The notes below the pieces were generated by a model. The model searched no databases. It was given only the letters and a program-made list of their open reading frames with translations, and was not told the origin of the DNA. From Nitrospirota bacterium (GTDB lineage Bacteria; Nitrospirota; JAOUDF01), in NCBI GenBank assembly GCA_029859385.1, contig JAOUDF010000002.1, positions 1 to 41,064 of the forward strand: DNA of 41,064 nt. Direction: 5' to 3'. This document shows, piece after piece, positions 8,719 through 18,888 of the stretch (the first letter of the stretch is position 1; every line of letters starts with the position of its first letter). Made by a program: the position numbers and the translations under genes.

Positions 8719-9816
8719 TCAAAGTTTCGGCTCCTTCCTCGCAGAAAAAATTACTCTTGCGTTGTGACCGGAACCATCGTTGGGGAAAAATGAAGGATGA
8801 ACATACATGTGTCCGCGTGGCAGAGGAATTCTTTTACGGTCGGACCCATCCGGCTTCATTGTATAAATACCTGACTTGAGCAGCTCTTTTTTATTAACGT
8901 GCCAGAATATTAACCGCTGGGAATCGCTCGACCACTCAGCCACTCCGTCTACAGCGTCGGCTTCCGACAAGTCTTTCTCATGTCCCGATGCAAGATCAAC
9001 GACTACAAGATGCCAGTTATCCTTTCCCATATGTCTCATCGTCACCACTTTCGTGCCATCCGGAGACATTCGCGGGTCGAAATCTCCCGGCAGGGGCTTC
9101 AAGCCCTTGCTGTCGCGGGGCATCGGCGGGCTTGTTAGCTGCTTACTTTTGCCACTTTCCATATCTGTCATCCATAGAATCATCTGTTTTGCGCCCTTCT
9201 CGTTGAACGCGGAGACCACGAGCTTGTTCTTAACCAGATGGGGGTCCGCGGCAAGGATATCAGGATGAATCTGAATTATCTCAATTTTGCCGGTCGCCAG
9301 GTCAATACGATGTATTCTCCCCTTATTCTCGGGGTTATCGTTGGAAACATAGATCAGCCCTTTGCCGTCGGGTGTCCAGGAACTGTTGGCGGAGATTATC
9401 TTTTTTTTGGGTGGGACAACGCTTCTCAAGTCCGTCCCGTCGGTCTTCATCACCATTATCTCCGTCTGTTCATACCCGCCACTCTCCGTGGCATACCGTC
9501 CCCACCCCTTCCTGTTGTAACGCGTGAAGGTAATCCATTGACCGTCAGGAGAGACGCGCGCATGAGTCATCTCTCGCTGTGCATCGACTATTACGGCCTT
9601 AAAATTATCGCCATTTACGGTCGCGGTGTATACCCCAAACATCTGGGAATCGTCAACAGCGTGCGTGAATTTGACGCCAATCAACACAAATATGGCAATT
9701 GCAAAAAAAGAGAAAAGCTTGCGCAGACGTCGCTTTGGGCTCCCATATCTTTTCCCAAGACGGCCACTCTCATGATTGCCTACATGACGCGGTGAAAAGA
9801 TGTTTTCCTTTCTCAT
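8719..9816 (-). CDS. N-terminally membrane-anchored PD40 / TolB-like beta-propeller protein
   Basis: Repeated PD40 motifs: VSPDGQWITFTRY, WTPDGKGLIYVSN, MSPDGTKVVTMRH, WSSDSQRLIFWH, MKPDGSDRKRI. TM segment LFSFFAIAIFVLIGV. Start taken at M22 (ATG 9816) because AAGGAGG lies 6 nt upstream; the ORF track starts at 9879. Confidence 0.75.
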   Translation of the reverse strand: MRKENIFSPRHVGNHESGRLGKRYGSPKRRLRKLFSFFAIAIFVLIGVKFTHAVDDSQMFGVYTATVNGDNFKAVIVDAQREMTHARVSPDGQWITFTRYNRKGWGRYATESGGYEQTEIMVMKTDGTDLRSVVPPKKKIISANSSWTPDGKGLIYVSNDNPENKGRIHRIDLATGKIEIIQIHPDILAADPHLVKNKLVVSAFNEKGAKQMILWMTDMESGKSKQLTSPPMPRDSKGLKPLPGDFDPRMSPDGTKVVTMRHMGKDNWHLVVVDLASGHEKDLSEADAVDGVAEWSSDSQRLIFWHVNKKELLKSGIYTMKPDGSDRKRIPLPRGHMYVHPSFFPNDGSGHNARVIFSARKEPKL

Positions 9817-9881
9817 GCCAACCTCCTTGTATATGCGCCTTTGAATGTTACGGCACCAGCCGACAGTCAACGGCTTCAATT

Positions 9882-11072
9882 TCAGGAGCCCTCATCAGAT
9901 TTTCGTCTCAGCGGAGCAAGTCTCAGAGGGACAAAAGACGCGGGATCATGTTTATATAATCTGATTCTCGCCAGCGGCTGCTCGATAACAATGAAAGTGA
10001 TACTGCTCAACAGTATTGTAACTGAATAGAACACTGCCATCATGGCAAGGTTCGATATCGACAGAGTCACAACCCATTCCAGCACGAATATATGCCATAA
10101 GTATACACTGAAGCTTATTATACCCATAAAACGTACCACACGGCAGCTGAATATCCGGCTTAGAATCCCTTTTTCGTTCATAACAACAAATATGAGAAGA
10201 CCAAACAACATCCCCCATATCAGAGTAAGGCGGGGGCTGAAGAATACATACCGCATAGTCGTAATCTTTTCGAAAACATTCGGCATCAGAATAAATACGG
10301 ATACACATAGAACGATGCCAACAACGGAAAGGATACCGGTTCTGAGCTTAATTGCATTCTGCTGATACCATTCATTGATGAATGCAAAGAGTGACCCACA
10401 CAAGAACATTGGCAGGTAGCGAACGATTGAATATCTCTCATCCGATGGATATAGATATGCATATGCTGATGAGGCTATCGACACAACCAGTGTCGCCGCC
10501 AGGATAGCCAGAATATTTCGCCTAAGAAGAAAAACGGAAACGCATACAAAAATTGGCAGGATGAAGTAATACTTCATCTCCGTTGTGATGGTCCAGAAAT
10601 GAGCCATGCCGCTTCGTAACGTGATATGCAGCCAGATGTCACCCATGGAAAACCCCTCGAATTTCTCAAAAATATGAGGGACAGAGACCGACACACCAAC
10701 CGTCACAAAGAGAAGCGTTACCATATAAAGAGGGTATATTCTCAGAACCCGCCGAGCAAAATAATCAGCCCATGATAAAGGCGATGCCAGCCCTTCATAC
10801 CCCATTCTGATAAAAGCCCTGGTAAGGAGAAATGCACTGAGCACAAAAAACAGATAGACCCCCAACTGCTCAGAGGAGTTCCCTGAAAATTTAATGCCGT
10901 CGAAAAAAAGAATATCCAGGTTAGACACATGACCGAATACGACGATGATAACGGCCAGACCCCTTATTCCATCCAGGGAGTTTTCCTGGAAATGTCTTTT
11001 TGATTTTGACATTAAGGGGAGAAGATCGGCATTACGCATGTTTGTTTTTTTCATACCAACGGCCTTACACAC
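9882..11072 (-). CDS. Acyltransferase family 3 integral membrane O-acyltransferase
   Basis: LDGIRGLAVIIVVFGH signature followed by about 10 hydrophobic helices. The start codon is ambiguous (in-frame Met codons at 11072, 11054, 11039 and 11012). Confidence 0.8.
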   Translation of the reverse strand: MCKAVGMKKTNMRNADLLPLMSKSKRHFQENSLDGIRGLAVIIVVFGHVSNLDILFFDGIKFSGNSSEQLGVYLFFVLSAFLLTRAFIRMGYEGLASPLSWADYFARRVLRIYPLYMVTLLFVTVGVSVSVPHIFEKFEGFSMGDIWLHITLRSGMAHFWTITTEMKYYFILPIFVCVSVFLLRRNILAILAATLVVSIASSAYAYLYPSDERYSIVRYLPMFLCGSLFAFINEWYQQNAIKLRTGILSVVGIVLCVSVFILMPNVFEKITTMRYVFFSPRLTLIWGMLFGLLIFVVMNEKGILSRIFSCRVVRFMGIISFSVYLWHIFVLEWVVTLSISNLAMMAVFYSVTILLSSITFIVIEQPLARIRLYKHDPASFVPLRLAPLRRKSDEGS

Positions 11073-11090
11073 TAAAGAACCAGTTGGCTC

Positions 11091-12713
11091 TTAATCTATA
11101 TAACCAAGACCTCGGAGTCTTTTCTTCAGTTCTTCCTGTTCCTCGTCCGTCAGATATTCATGGCTGGTCTTCATATCCTGCCTTGTATCTGCAGAGACAA
11201 TATTATCGCATATAGAGGCATCACTATCGACGATGCCTGTCAAGACCTTTCCATCCATGTCATCGGGAACAGGCACACCCAGAAGGTGCAGAATTGTCGG
11301 CGTGACGTCATAGATATCAGCGTCCACACGTCCCGGTATAATTGCTTCACCGTACGCCAGAAATATGCCCTCTATCGCGTGATCTGCCTTGACATGAATG
11401 TTGCCGACCATGTTCTTGTCAAAAATGCCACCGCCAAGCTTCGGGTTAATCATGAAACCCTCGTTCACCACCACTATCAGATCCGGCCCATGTTTCGAGT
11501 TGTTTCCGGGATACAGTTCTGCATATCGATGGACCTCTTTCACTACCGGCCGGCCCTCTCGGTCTTTCACCGAAAGGAGCTGTTCCCTGATATGCTCACA
11601 CAGGTCGCCATAATGCTCCGGTTCTACAGTGCCTTGAGGCTCACGTCCTTTAAGGTTTATAGATACAATTCCGTAGCGAAGGAGAGAAAAAGCCCGGGTA
11701 CCCGCCCAGTTGATATCCTTGCCGGATATGTCACCGATTCCTTCAGCAGGCACTGCCTTCTTCAGCAGTTTCTTGACCCCCTCTGGCAGCAAACGGGCCA
11801 GCTCCCTGATACCAAGCCTGTATAACATTTTCCTGGCAAGCTCGCTGTTGATGTTCATCCCTTGCAACATCCTTGCAAAGGTTGAAGGACGTCTCGTTTG
11901 CAACAGCCCTGTGTCCCTGAAGAAGTTGTTTATACAAAACCCTTCATCAGCCCCGGCAAATCCGTGATCAGATACGACCATCAGCACAGTATCCTTATCC
12001 ATAAGATTCGCCACATCGCCAAGGATATCGTCCAGAAGTTTAAAATAGCTTACACAAGCGGGTTCCATGGAGATTATCTCTTCCCAGTGAGAATGCTGAA
12101 GCCTGTCCGGGCCAATGAACACCATGTAAAAGAGACTCCAATCATCTTTCTGCCATACATGCTTAAGCAACTTCCTGCAGTCTTCCGTAATGTCTGTAAT
12201 ATTCTGGAGAAGAAGGTCCTTGTCGCCTGAGTATAAACACTCCTCATCGACTGCATCCAGGCGGTATTCCGGAACAACCCGCATCAGTTCACTCTTGAAA
12301 GACGCTGGAAATACAAAATCGGATTCTATCCCGGGAGTCATCATACCTGAAACCATGATCCCGTTTATTTCATCGGGAGGATATGTAAGGGGGACGTTAA
12401 GTACAGCGACTTTCTTCCCATAGCGGCTCAGAATACCCCACAGGGGCTCCGCATCTGGTGTTGTACATTTTGTAACGAGCTTCGTTTCGTAACCTTCTAT
12501 TTTGCTGAACTCATAGATACCATGCTTTCCGGGATGCTTTCCGGTAGCAAGCGATACCCAGCCGGGTGGAGTAATCGAAGGGATTGTGGATTGCAGTATC
12601 CCCCACGACCCTTGATCCATCATTTTCTTCAAATTAGGCATGACTCCGGCATCAACATATTGCCTGGTAACCTGCCATGTCATTCCGTCCAGCCCCAGTA
12701 GAATCACTTTCAC
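11091..12713 (-). CDS. Alkaline-phosphatase-superfamily protein, NPP type, cytoplasmic (second paralog)
   Basis: LLGLDG, TIPSITPPGWVSLATGKHPGKHG and VSDHGF motifs. No signal peptide. Its start overlaps the flippase stop by 4 nt (12710-12713). Confidence 0.8.
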   Translation of the reverse strand: MKVILLGLDGMTWQVTRQYVDAGVMPNLKKMMDQGSWGILQSTIPSITPPGWVSLATGKHPGKHGIYEFSKIEGYETKLVTKCTTPDAEPLWGILSRYGKKVAVLNVPLTYPPDEINGIMVSGMMTPGIESDFVFPASFKSELMRVVPEYRLDAVDEECLYSGDKDLLLQNITDITEDCRKLLKHVWQKDDWSLFYMVFIGPDRLQHSHWEEIISMEPACVSYFKLLDDILGDVANLMDKDTVLMVVSDHGFAGADEGFCINNFFRDTGLLQTRRPSTFARMLQGMNINSELARKMLYRLGIRELARLLPEGVKKLLKKAVPAEGIGDISGKDINWAGTRAFSLLRYGIVSINLKGREPQGTVEPEHYGDLCEHIREQLLSVKDREGRPVVKEVHRYAELYPGNNSKHGPDLIVVVNEGFMINPKLGGGIFDKNMVGNIHVKADHAIEGIFLAYGEAIIPGRVDADIYDVTPTILHLLGVPVPDDMDGKVLTGIVDSDASICDNIVSADTRQDMKTSHEYLTDEEQEELKKRLRGLGYID

Positions 12714-14302
12714 GATTGCGGCTCCTCTATGCCTGATGCTCTCGACAATCTCTGCTTCACCGCATCAAGAATCAACCTATCCTCGCTATCAAGCCCTGAA
12801 AAAACTATAGATACAGCGTAAATCGCAAGAAAAACAGGGGCATAAATTATCAGACTGTAAATACCCTTCACAGACAGAGGCCATAATGTCATAATCATCA
12901 ATGTAGCGCCATAGGCTGATATCCCGCAGATGGTTATCTTAAAAAACCCTTTGCTGTAAGGATGAATTTTCAGCAGCCAGACGACTTGAGCAAGCATTAT
13001 GATATTCACAGCGATAATTGTTCCGGCAGTGGCGCAGGCGGCACCTGCTATCCCGAAAGGAGGGATAAGGATATAATTGAGGCAGGCATTGAGAAGAAAG
13101 GCTCCCAGCGCATTATAGAACATCAATCGCTCTTTCTCCGCCATCACCAGGATAACCCCACTCACCCCCGTTCCAGTATTAACAATTTGAGCTATTGCCA
13201 GCACTACAAGTGCATTGGCGCCGCTTTCAAAGCCTTCCCCAAAGATACTCATGATCTCTGCCGGCAGAAGTATTATCAGCAAAAAAAGAGCAAAACTAAG
13301 ACTGTATGTCCATTTGGTCACTACTTTAAAAAGAGCATCCAGTCGCCCCATTTCTGCCCGGCCATGAAGGTCTGAAGCCATCGGAGCAAAAATGGCACTA
13401 AATGAAGACACGATCAAGGTATTGATCATTGCCGTACGCATCGCGGAATTATATATTCCGACTTCGGCTGAAGATTTGTAATACCCCAATACTAGTGTAT
13501 CCGTCCACATAAGCATCAAGTTGAACAGCACAACCGGAGCCAATGCAAATGAGTATTTCAGCAAGCCCGGCACATGGCTCTCTCCCTCGCTGAATCTCAC
13601 AGCCCTCGGGAACATGGAAACCAGAAAATAACATGAGATCATACAGGTGATGACTATTGAAATAACTTGAGCAAAGGCAGCCCCCCGTAGCCCGAATCCG
13701 CCAAAAACAAGCAATACCAGCAGTATCGTATTCAAAAAAGGCTGGATGAGATTTTGCCCGTAAACAGAATACTTCATCACCTGAAATCCCTGAGTTGCCG
13801 CCAGAGATATGATCATTACCGCATTGAAAGGCAGGGAAATAGCAAGTATTCTTAGCACATCCGAAAGCATCTGCTTGTCAAAAACTTTTGTAGCAAGGGG
13901 GTATGAGAGAAAAAACAGGGCAACCGCGAGAACCATGCTGGCCCCTGCCGCTATTTTCAGCGACTTGCGGATAGCAACGGCAGCCGCCTCCTCATCCGCT
14001 GATTCAAAGAATTTTGAAACAAACTTTATCACCGCCATCTCTAGGCCAGCCCTGCCCAAAGCACCTGTAACCGCCGCTACAGTAAGTGCCAGCATAAAAA
14101 TACCAAAAGCCTCATCACCCAGCATCCTGGCTGCAATAACCAAGTAGGTAAAGTGGAGCAGCCCTCCGATAATTTTGCCGACAAAGTTAACCCCTGCTCC
14201 CTTGGCGGTCCTGGTCAAGTCTCCTTGGCACAAGATCGCTTCTTCATTCGGCCTTTCAATATGGGAACTTTTTCTCAGCATCGTGACCAGATATCGCAAC
14301 AC
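12710..14302 (-). CDS. Wzx-like oligosaccharide flippase (MOP superfamily polysaccharide biosynthesis protein)
   Basis: About 530 aa and polytopic. The N-terminus TAKGAGVNFVGKIIGGLLHFTYLVIAARMLGDEAFGIF is typical of Wzx/RfbX-type proteins. Confidence 0.8.
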   Translation of the reverse strand: MLRYLVTMLRKSSHIERPNEEAILCQGDLTRTAKGAGVNFVGKIIGGLLHFTYLVIAARMLGDEAFGIFMLALTVAAVTGALGRAGLEMAVIKFVSKFFESADEEAAAVAIRKSLKIAAGASMVLAVALFFLSYPLATKVFDKQMLSDVLRILAISLPFNAVMIISLAATQGFQVMKYSVYGQNLIQPFLNTILLVLLVFGGFGLRGAAFAQVISIVITCMISCYFLVSMFPRAVRFSEGESHVPGLLKYSFALAPVVLFNLMLMWTDTLVLGYYKSSAEVGIYNSAMRTAMINTLIVSSFSAIFAPMASDLHGRAEMGRLDALFKVVTKWTYSLSFALFLLIILLPAEIMSIFGEGFESGANALVVLAIAQIVNTGTGVSGVILVMAEKERLMFYNALGAFLLNACLNYILIPPFGIAGAACATAGTIIAVNIIMLAQVVWLLKIHPYSKGFFKITICGISAYGATLMIMTLWPLSVKGIYSLIIYAPVFLAIYAVSIVFSGLDSEDRLILDAVKQRLSRASGIEEPQS

Positions 14303-14470
14303 GAATATCTCCCTTAAGGGGAACTCCTAAAAAAGGTGCAACCGAGGAGGGTTAGGCGCATTCCTGAGCCAATATGATCCCTCTACTCAGTAGAGACAGT
14401 GCGAGATAATCGGCGGAAACCGGGACTTCTTCCTTGCCAAAGCCACAGGATAGTGTTGACATAGAGAACA

Positions 14471-15301
14471 CTACTTATCACACCTGAACCACCTCATTGC
14501 GTTGTTTATCCCAAAACCCACAAGCCTCATTAATCTGCTTATTTTGAACCCGATAACCACATAGGGGTGGTTCTCTATCTTTGCAAGCCTTTCCTTGCAA
14601 AACTCACTTTCCTTTTTTACCAGCATCAAATTCTCGCCACCACTAAGATCGGGAATCGTTCCTTCAAAATCCTGAGTCACAAACAGGACCCACCGCTGCA
14701 AGTCGGGATGAGGCCAGTCAAGCGGTCTGCAAACCAGTCCGGCCTCATCTGCGAGTTCCTTTATGGTTTCCATGGCATAAGTCGCCCACAGTGCCCATTT
14801 ATCACCGGCATAATCCTCCGCGCCTTCGGCAAAAGTAGCGGCGAATATCGTAGTGGGCGTCATAACCTGCCTCGCCTCATGCAGGCATCGGCGGATCTGC
14901 TCCTTTGTCGCATGGGAAAAAACGGATTGCGCGATAATATAATCAAACTTCTTTTGAAAGACCGTAAGAGTAAAATTCTCATCATGGCTAAACACAGGTT
15001 TCTTTATGCGAACCATGTCTTCACCAATCTGGCATTTGACCCCTTCGTTTATGAGCCATTCAACCGGCTCCAACCCATGGTACATTTCCGGCAAGAGATA
15101 AGGAATAAAGAGCCGTCCAGCCCGAAGAGAGCCACAGCCGACATCCAGAAGAGTATTCCCCTCTCTCAGTCCAAGGTGCGTAAGAAGGTTGAACTGCATT
15201 GCCGCAAACTGGTCGTACTTGTCCCCAGGCCCAATAAAAGTCCTGTAATAATCCGACTCTTCAACTGATTTCCCTATCGCACCTTCAACGGCCTTTTCCA
15301 T
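14471..15301 (-). CDS. Class I SAM-dependent methyltransferase
   Basis: Motif I LLDVGCGSLRAG. Start taken at M62 (ATG 15301-15299), 1 nt after the upstream GT2 stop at 15303-15305. The longer ORF-track start would overlap that gene. Confidence 0.8.
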   Translation of the reverse strand: MEKAVEGAIGKSVEESDYYRTFIGPGDKYDQFAAMQFNLLTHLGLREGNTLLDVGCGSLRAGRLFIPYLLPEMYHGLEPVEWLINEGVKCQIGEDMVRIKKPVFSHDENFTLTVFQKKFDYIIAQSVFSHATKEQIRRCLHEARQVMTPTTIFAATFAEGAEDYAGDKWALWATYAMETIKELADEAGLVCRPLDWPHPDLQRWVLFVTQDFEGTIPDLSGGENLMLVKKESEFCKERLAKIENHPYVVIGFKISRLMRLVGFGINNAMRWFRCDK

Positions 15302-15302
15302 G

Positions 15303-16289
15303 TCACTTCCCTGCACTATTAGGGTTATAGTCTCTTCCTTTTTTATGGTCCATATATCCTTTATGGAAATAATAGGAAAGTATCTTGCCCGAAAGGAAGG
15401 GAACAAAAGGCTCAATGAATGACATTTTCTCCGCCTTCCATACAAGCGGCATGGCAATTCCAATAGCCGTAAATCTGTTGACAAATAATCGCCGCAACGT
15501 ATGTTTCAACAATGTCTGGCCGTAGATATAAAGGCCATCAGAGAAACAGACGCGGCCTGTCTTTACTCTGATTCTGACATCGTCAATCTCTTTCTCAACA
15601 TGATACCAGTTGAATCCATGCATATACGCCCTGGCTGAAGTGGATTCAATCGTCTCTGCATGGTGATGATAGCCGGTTGCCTCCGGATTGTATATCAGCT
15701 TCATCCCTTTACGCTGAAGCCTGTATCCCAAATCAAGGTCCTCATGTGAGCCGGCGGGCCAATTACGAAACATGCCGTTTTCAAGCATGAAGGTTCTTTT
15801 GAAGGAGATATTACTCACCCAGAAATCGGTGTAATCCAGGTTACTCTTTCCTTCCGGACCTCTGCCTGCAATCGGGTTCCAGTTTCTTTGAAAGGCCGTC
15901 TTCGGGAGCTCGCCAGACTGGCATAGCCGCCCAACCACTACCACATTTTCCTCTGGGTTCGCCTCATGTATCCTTACATGTTGTTCCAGCAACTCCGGTA
16001 CCGCCAGAATGTCATCTGCCAGCATGATTACAATGTCGCCTGTTGCCAACCGAATTCCTCTATTATGGGTAGCGCCAACCCCTTGATGATCGCCCCGGGC
16101 ATAATGAAGATGAAAGGGGACTTGTTCCTTAAATTGTTCAATAAACCGATCCGTACCATCACTGGAGCCGTCATCTGAAATCACTACTTCGACATTCTCA
16201 AGCGAGTAACTCTGTTTCGCCAGTCGCGCCAAAACCATTTCCAGCACATCTTTGCGATTATATGTTGATATTTCAACGCTTACTTTCAT
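15303..16289 (-). CDS. Family 2 glycosyltransferase
   Basis: VSVEISTYNRKDVLEMVLARLAKQ ... VVISDDGSSDGT ... IVIMLADDIL (DxD-like motif). Confidence 0.9.
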   Translation of the reverse strand: MKVSVEISTYNRKDVLEMVLARLAKQSYSLENVEVVISDDGSSDGTDRFIEQFKEQVPFHLHYARGDHQGVGATHNRGIRLATGDIVIMLADDILAVPELLEQHVRIHEANPEENVVVVGRLCQSGELPKTAFQRNWNPIAGRGPEGKSNLDYTDFWVSNISFKRTFMLENGMFRNWPAGSHEDLDLGYRLQRKGMKLIYNPEATGYHHHAETIESTSARAYMHGFNWYHVEKEIDDVRIRVKTGRVCFSDGLYIYGQTLLKHTLRRLFVNRFTAIGIAMPLVWKAEKMSFIEPFVPFLSGKILSYYFHKGYMDHKKGRDYNPNSAGK

Positions 16290-17371
16290 GAAGAAGGCAT
16301 TTCTCCGGCACTCTTCTCGTGGCCTCTATCGTGAGAAGTCTTGTAGCCGTGAGCTACTCCTTTGAAAAAATGATACGCGATAACACCTCGATAGAGATTC
16401 CGGTGCATAAGACGGGACGTTATCGATCCATTTTCCGCCCGCCTCATCATGGGAAGCCAGAACCAACAGACTGTTAATCGGTTGAAAAGTACCATCCTGA
16501 GAATTTGCCGAACTATGAGATAGGCAGGATTGCGGTCAGCGCCTATCAAATTGTTAGGGCCGCGGAAAGTATCGAGGTGGTCTTTTATCGTGTGAACAGA
16601 AAGGATATGATATCTGACGGTAACATCCGGGCTGTCAACGAGCGCCCTGAAGTCATGCCAATTAAGTCCCCTCTCATAAGCTCGACGCATGGCCCCTTCC
16701 AGGGTTTCCAGATGGTAATGATATCCGAGGGCTTCCTTGCAGTAAAATATTCGCAGTCCGGCACGCTTGAACAGCCGGTATCCAAGCTCAGCGTCCTCAT
16801 GGGCAGCAGCACCCGCCTTGCCGCGTTCTTCACGAAAAAGGCCGTTCGAGAGAAGAAAGTCCCGCTTACACGATATGTTGCATGCCCAGAAAAGATAATA
16901 GGGTAACTCATCGCATCCTTCCAGCTCCCGGAATTTGAACGGATCCCATTTTTTAAGAAAGACAGATTGGGCAAGCTGTGCTGATTGTTCCACTCTTCCG
17001 AGGATAGCGATATTCTGTTCCGGATGCCGCTCATGCGCCAAAAGATGCGCCTCCAGCGCCTCAGGCACAAGATGGATATCGTCCGCAATAAGGTTGACTA
17101 CCGGGGCATTTGCCACTCGAATGCCCTGGTTCTGCGTAAAACCCGGCCCTCGGTTTGCGTGCTTCATATAGCGAAGCGAATACCGCATCTGTGGAATAAG
17201 CGACCGCACCACATCTTCCGTATCATCGGGTGAGCCGTCATCCACCACTATGACCTCAAAAAATGAAGGGTCCAAGGTCTGCTCATTAAGACATTGAAGG
17301 GTAACGGCTATGGTATCTCTTCGGTTATAGGTAGCTACTACTACACTGATTTTGAGAGACTCTTTCATCAT
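16286..17371 (-). CDS. Family 2 glycosyltransferase
   Basis: ISVVVATYNRRDTIAVTLQCLNEQ ... VIVVDDGSPDDT ... NLIADDIHL. Start taken at the ATGA overlap with the upstream stop (17368-17371). 4-nt overlap with the next GT2 (16286-16289). Confidence 0.9.
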   Translation of the reverse strand: MMKESLKISVVVATYNRRDTIAVTLQCLNEQTLDPSFFEVIVVDDGSPDDTEDVVRSLIPQMRYSLRYMKHANRGPGFTQNQGIRVANAPVVNLIADDIHLVPEALEAHLLAHERHPEQNIAILGRVEQSAQLAQSVFLKKWDPFKFRELEGCDELPYYLFWACNISCKRDFLLSNGLFREERGKAGAAAHEDAELGYRLFKRAGLRIFYCKEALGYHYHLETLEGAMRRAYERGLNWHDFRALVDSPDVTVRYHILSVHTIKDHLDTFRGPNNLIGADRNPAYLIVRQILRMVLFNRLTVCWFWLPMMRRAENGSITSRLMHRNLYRGVIAYHFFKGVAHGYKTSHDRGHEKSAGEMPSS

Positions 17372-18864
17372 GCTTCCGCTTTCAATATATTTACCTCTCC
17401 CGATGCCCCAGCCCACCGTTTCGATGTCATGTTGGTAATAGCAACGGCCAATCCCATTAAAGTCCACAGCCAGGCGTACGGGACAGGAAAACGGAACATA
17501 GGGTCGGTAATACCGTCCAGCAGGTACCCCGTCAAGGCTACAAGTATGGCGAGAGACAACCCTCGGACGAGATTGTCATTATTCCTGACAAGCCTCCAGG
17601 ACCAAATCATCGAAGTCACTATCGCCCCAAAGAATCCTATAACACCGAAAACTCCCATTTCCGAAGCAATCCAGAGAAACGCATTGTGTACTGGGAGGTC
17701 CATCGGTTTTTGATATACTGTCACACCAGGGTCGTACAAGGCATTAAGATAATTCCCGGGACCACAACCGAAAAGAAAGTTGTCCCACCAAATGGACAAG
17801 GCAGTCCAGTTCATGTCATAGCGGGTCGTCATAATCTCTGATGGAGCATTTACAAAACGGTCATAGATATAAGCATAGGCCTTGGGATAAAATGCGTTGG
17901 CAACCAATATGATGCCTATGATAAACGGAATGGAACGCCCCTCCTTCCATTTCCATGTCACCACACCCATTCCCAAGGTAATAGCGATGGCAAAAGCCAA
18001 CCAGCCCGATCTGGCAAAAGTTAACACCAGGCCACCAACACCCACGAGTACAACTACCGCCATAAACACGCGTTGGCGTATTTTCCAGAATCGCTGCATC
18101 ATAAGAATAATAGGAAATGGCAACAGCATAGCATAATAAAGTGCAAGGGCGTGAGAATCACCAGTTGTCCCCATTGAGCGGATTTCTCCCTCTATTCCAG
18201 GGACCTGATACTGAGTTCCGAATTGTTCGGACGCCACATTGCCCTTCGCACTGGCGATTCCGACATTCCCTGTCAGTCTTTCATAGAGGGCGACTGTGCT
18301 TTGCAAGCAGATGGTGAAGAGAATTACAGCCGTAATCCATTTTAGATGGCGTCGTTCCACATGATGCGCAAGGAAGAAGTAAAGAAGTACATACTTGAAA
18401 TTATAGATGATATCGAGAATGCTCAGGCCTTTATCTTCCGCTCCCAGCAAGGAGATCGCCTGGGCAAACAGAAAAATAAGGATAAAGAAATCTATTCGGG
18501 AAAGCTTGGGAAGCGGCATCGTTCTGGCGACAAATATCCGGATGAACCATACCGCATAGCCAATCAACAGTAGAAGCTCAGTAAGTCCCACGGCAATACC
18601 CTTTGCCGCGACAACCTCTTCTCTGCGCAGAAACCATTTACTGAACTCTACAAATGGGACATTAAATACTAATGAGAGGATAAGGAAATCGGTGATGTCA
18701 CAAATCAGAATCATGCAGGCAGACACAACCACCAGCCCACCGCAGATAGCGGCTGCATAACGGAACTCCAGCCCCATGATCTTCCAGACCAGGAAGGCAA
18801 ACAATATCCCCAGCAGGGCGACAAACCAGTATTTTATCTGTAGCGAAGATTGCACGAGGCCCAT
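17368..18864 (-). CDS. O-antigen ligase-like (Wzy_C) polytopic membrane protein, probable polymerase
   Basis: At least 10 TM helices. Wzy_C-type motifs TFARSGWLAFAIAITLG, FGCGPGNY and HNAFLWIASEMGVFGVIGF. Confidence 0.75.
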   Translation of the reverse strand: MGLVQSSLQIKYWFVALLGILFAFLVWKIMGLEFRYAAAICGGLVVVSACMILICDITDFLILSLVFNVPFVEFSKWFLRREEVVAAKGIAVGLTELLLLIGYAVWFIRIFVARTMPLPKLSRIDFFILIFLFAQAISLLGAEDKGLSILDIIYNFKYVLLYFFLAHHVERRHLKWITAVILFTICLQSTVALYERLTGNVGIASAKGNVASEQFGTQYQVPGIEGEIRSMGTTGDSHALALYYAMLLPFPIILMMQRFWKIRQRVFMAVVVLVGVGGLVLTFARSGWLAFAIAITLGMGVVTWKWKEGRSIPFIIGIILVANAFYPKAYAYIYDRFVNAPSEIMTTRYDMNWTALSIWWDNFLFGCGPGNYLNALYDPGVTVYQKPMDLPVHNAFLWIASEMGVFGVIGFFGAIVTSMIWSWRLVRNNDNLVRGLSLAILVALTGYLLDGITDPMFRFPVPYAWLWTLMGLAVAITNMTSKRWAGASGEVNILKAEA

Positions 18865-18888
18865 GGCAATTCTTATTGCCTCTTCTCT

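Noticed and set aside
14567-15268. 233-aa plus-strand ORF (similar antisense ORFs at 11160-11825, 36228-36830 and 38581-39117)
   Set aside because: All are antisense to genes with clear family motifs, and none has an RBS or a recognisable domain.
17368-18864. Possibility that the 498-aa polytopic protein is the missing exosortase
   Set aside because: It carries Wzy_C / O-antigen-ligase-type motifs (ARSGWLAF, GCGPGNY, HNAFLWIASEMG). I did not see the exosortase-type conserved Cys/Arg/His signature.
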